Assembly: GCA_052327205.1 (NCBI GenBank) | Contig: CM126211.1 | Coordinates: 25,854,001 to 25,918,000, forward strand | DNA length: 64,000 bases | From: Somniosus microcephalus | Taxonomy: Eukaryota | Direction: 5' to 3' | Shown here: one piece after another, positions 61,750-64,000 of the stretch | Numbering within the stretch: the stretch's first letter is position 1 | How the letters are laid out: each line of letters opens with the position of its first letter | Translations under genes and position numbers: made by a program | The notes under the pieces: generated by a model | Databases searched by the model: none | Told to the model about the DNA's origin: nothing | The model's input: the letters and a program-made list of their open reading frames with translations, nothing else

Positions 61750-62425
61750 CTAGGGACAAAAAAGAAAAGTGAACTCTTTGAAAAAGTAACTGCACGATTT
61801 TAATATCCATATTCTATCACTTTTTAAGCAGAATAGCAACATCCATCATGCTTTATCTGCAACCCTGCAGATTTGAAGAAGAAATTATTGCAGGGATATG
61901 GCTGAAGAAGAAAACAATTGCAGGGATATAGGGAAAGAGCAGGGGAGTGGGACTAACTGGATTGCTCGAAGAGCCAGCACAGTCTTGATGGGCCAAACGG
62001 CCTCCTTCTGTGCTGCACGATTCTATGATTAACCACAGTAAAACCATAAAATCACAACTAAAAATGTAATTGGGATTGAAGATGCACATTATTGTCACAA
62101 AAAATTCATGTTCCAAAATATATACTGTACTCCATATATTGGAATTAGCCGAGTCCAAGTATATTTTTGCAGGCTGTCTTTTGCCAGACAAAGAACAAAT
62201 TTTCTTTTACTGCGATGATCATCAGTGTAACAGCATTCATTCTATGCTATGTTTACTAACAGCCATACAAGACCACATCACATTGCTGAGTTAGTACTGG
62301 GTTAATTATAAACGACTTGTAATCAATATCCCAGAAAGAATTCATTTCAACTTCAATTATGCCAATACTAAGCCCGTGGCCAAATTATGCAGATCAAAAA
62401 TTAGACATCTAACCACTCAAACTTT

Positions 62426-63015
62426 GACCTGGACTTTGCGGTCAGCGGCAAACGAATGGCGTTCGCCCTTCATTATACCTACCCACAGACATTCTGTGGG
62501 GTTTTTTGCACAACAACTTGCAGTAATTAGTGTGAAAACATTCTGGACCTACCATGTTTTTTTTCTTTACAATGGATTAATTACCAGATCAAAATGACTC
62601 AATCCATAAAGTGGACCATAATTGACAAACACAAATCATTCTGAACTCATTATTTCATACAAGATACAGAAACTCGCTTAAGCCTTTGCTATAATACTAT
62701 ATGCCATTATAAAAATGTTACTATTCGTAATAGTTGCATGGTAGATTTACCAAACTTGTACACAGTGGTGGAAGAAGTAAAGTTTGTGCCTTAAATTAGC
62801 AATACAGAAATCATCACAGGCACATACAGGCAAAGGAAAAGAAAAATCAACTTGCTATACAGGGGATCTGTGTGAAGAGGGCAAGCAATGGTGTTGCCTC
62901 CTTAATCAATCACATTGAAGAATCCTTACTAAGACACAGCAAAGGTAAGTTAAAATATTTAATTCAATGTCAAATCATGTATAGAAAGTGAAATGAGGGA
63001 AAGAAACACGGGATT

Positions 63016-63047
<32 letters not shown>

Positions 63048-63468
63048 AAAAAGACAAAATCTCCAACTATAATTAAAATCTGAAGGAATAAGACTCCACA
63101 TTTTAAAAGTAAATTTTCAGTGCCAGAGAGGCTGTTTGGCAGTAATCATGACTTATCACGCTGTTAAAAATTCACTTCCACTTCAATGGACAAGCCCTAT
63201 CCTTTTTTTGGCATAGTTAGTGGGTATCTGTTGGGTAAGTACCGCAATTTCATGCCCTTCCATGTGTTTGAATGCCGAGTCTGTCGGTGAGACACCGGTG
63301 TAGTAAAACTTCTGGAGGAGCAGGGTGACTCGAACAGCAACTTCCTTATTTCCACGTTCAACTATGCATGTGCAGATGCTGGAAGTTGCTGTCCGATTTA
63401 CTCCTTAATAACGGTGAACGTTGATAACCTCAGTTATTCTTCCTGCAAAATCCGGTCCATTGTGTCGA
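62426..63468. mobile_element. Old Harbinger-like non-autonomous element (tentative)
   Basis: Imperfect TIR GACCTGGACTTTGCGG / CCTGCAAAATCCGGTCC plus inverted subterminal CGTTCRCC motifs. Confidence 0.4.
63017..63047 (+). repeat. (GA)n microsatellite
   Basis: Direct reading. Confidence 0.9.
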
Positions 63469-64000
63469 GCAGCAGTAGAAAGTAGAAATTATAAGATCTG
63501 GCCCTTCAGAAAATGATTTAGGTTTTCAGCTCATACTGTTGCACTATTGCAGTAATAAAAGGGAGCTTTATTATAGTATTGACGCTACATAACTAAAACA
63601 ATTGGAAACACTAGTTCTGCACATTCCACCTGCGCCCGCTAGCTCCCCCTTTTCTCTCTTTTGCTTTAGTTTTAAATTTTAATTCTTCTGCCCGCCCCAC
63701 CCCCCACCCTAACTTATACTTTCTTTTCTAATCCTAAAAAATCTTTTCATTTGTCTTGTTTCTTTCTCCTTCTGGCTTCCAATGAGAGTTTTGGAGATGG
63801 ATGCAATTTTTTAAAAATATGAGTTTTCATGAACTGAACACACTTAATAGTCTTTTGTAAGTAATCAAAAGACCAGTCAGTCAGTCACGTAGGCAGTTCA
63901 CAGCTATTGCAAGACGAGCTTTAAAATGGTATGGGGTCCCATTGTTTCTCCACAACCCTCTCCCCTCATTTCAATAGCCCCACTTATTCGTTTCGATGTA

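Noticed and set aside
1-64000. Prokaryotic operon, defence system or CRISPR array
   Set aside because: The DNA is a spliced vertebrate gene with intronic TEs, and I saw no regularly spaced repeat-spacer array. Most short ORFs in the track are chance frames or TE remnants.

Overview
Eukaryotic vertebrate DNA. The repeat content (CR1, L2, Deu-domain SINEs, Penelope-like pieces) suggests a cartilaginous fish (inference). The whole window lies inside one minus-strand gene, MYCBP2 (PAM/PHR1/Highwire/RPM-1 E3 ligase). I traced 29 consecutive coding exons from 61749 down to 4175 that splice in frame to 4470 nt (1490 aa), covering most of the RCC1-like domain with its Cys-rich insert, PHR1, PHR2 and the following region. 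One intron is GC-AG and one acceptor is NAGNAG. The introns hold a compact full-length Ty3/Gypsy element (53573-57973, near-identical LTRs, 5-bp TSD), two solo LTRs, a TSD-flanked Penelope-like insertion with hammerhead motifs, at least seven PIF/Harbinger-like non-autonomous elements, a Tc1/mariner MITE, and many CR1/L2/SINE copies. The best candidates for something new are: (1) a self-priming-like or poly(A)-occluding 11-nt pairing in place of a tRNA PBS in a Gypsy element with no recognisable chromodomain; (2) minimal, dimer-type hammerheads, intact only antisense to the host pre-mRNA; (3) MITEs rich in splice-donor motifs; (4) a candidate poison micro-exon. No prokaryotic system or CRISPR array is present. 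Coordinates were read by eye, and the boundaries of old repeats are approximate.
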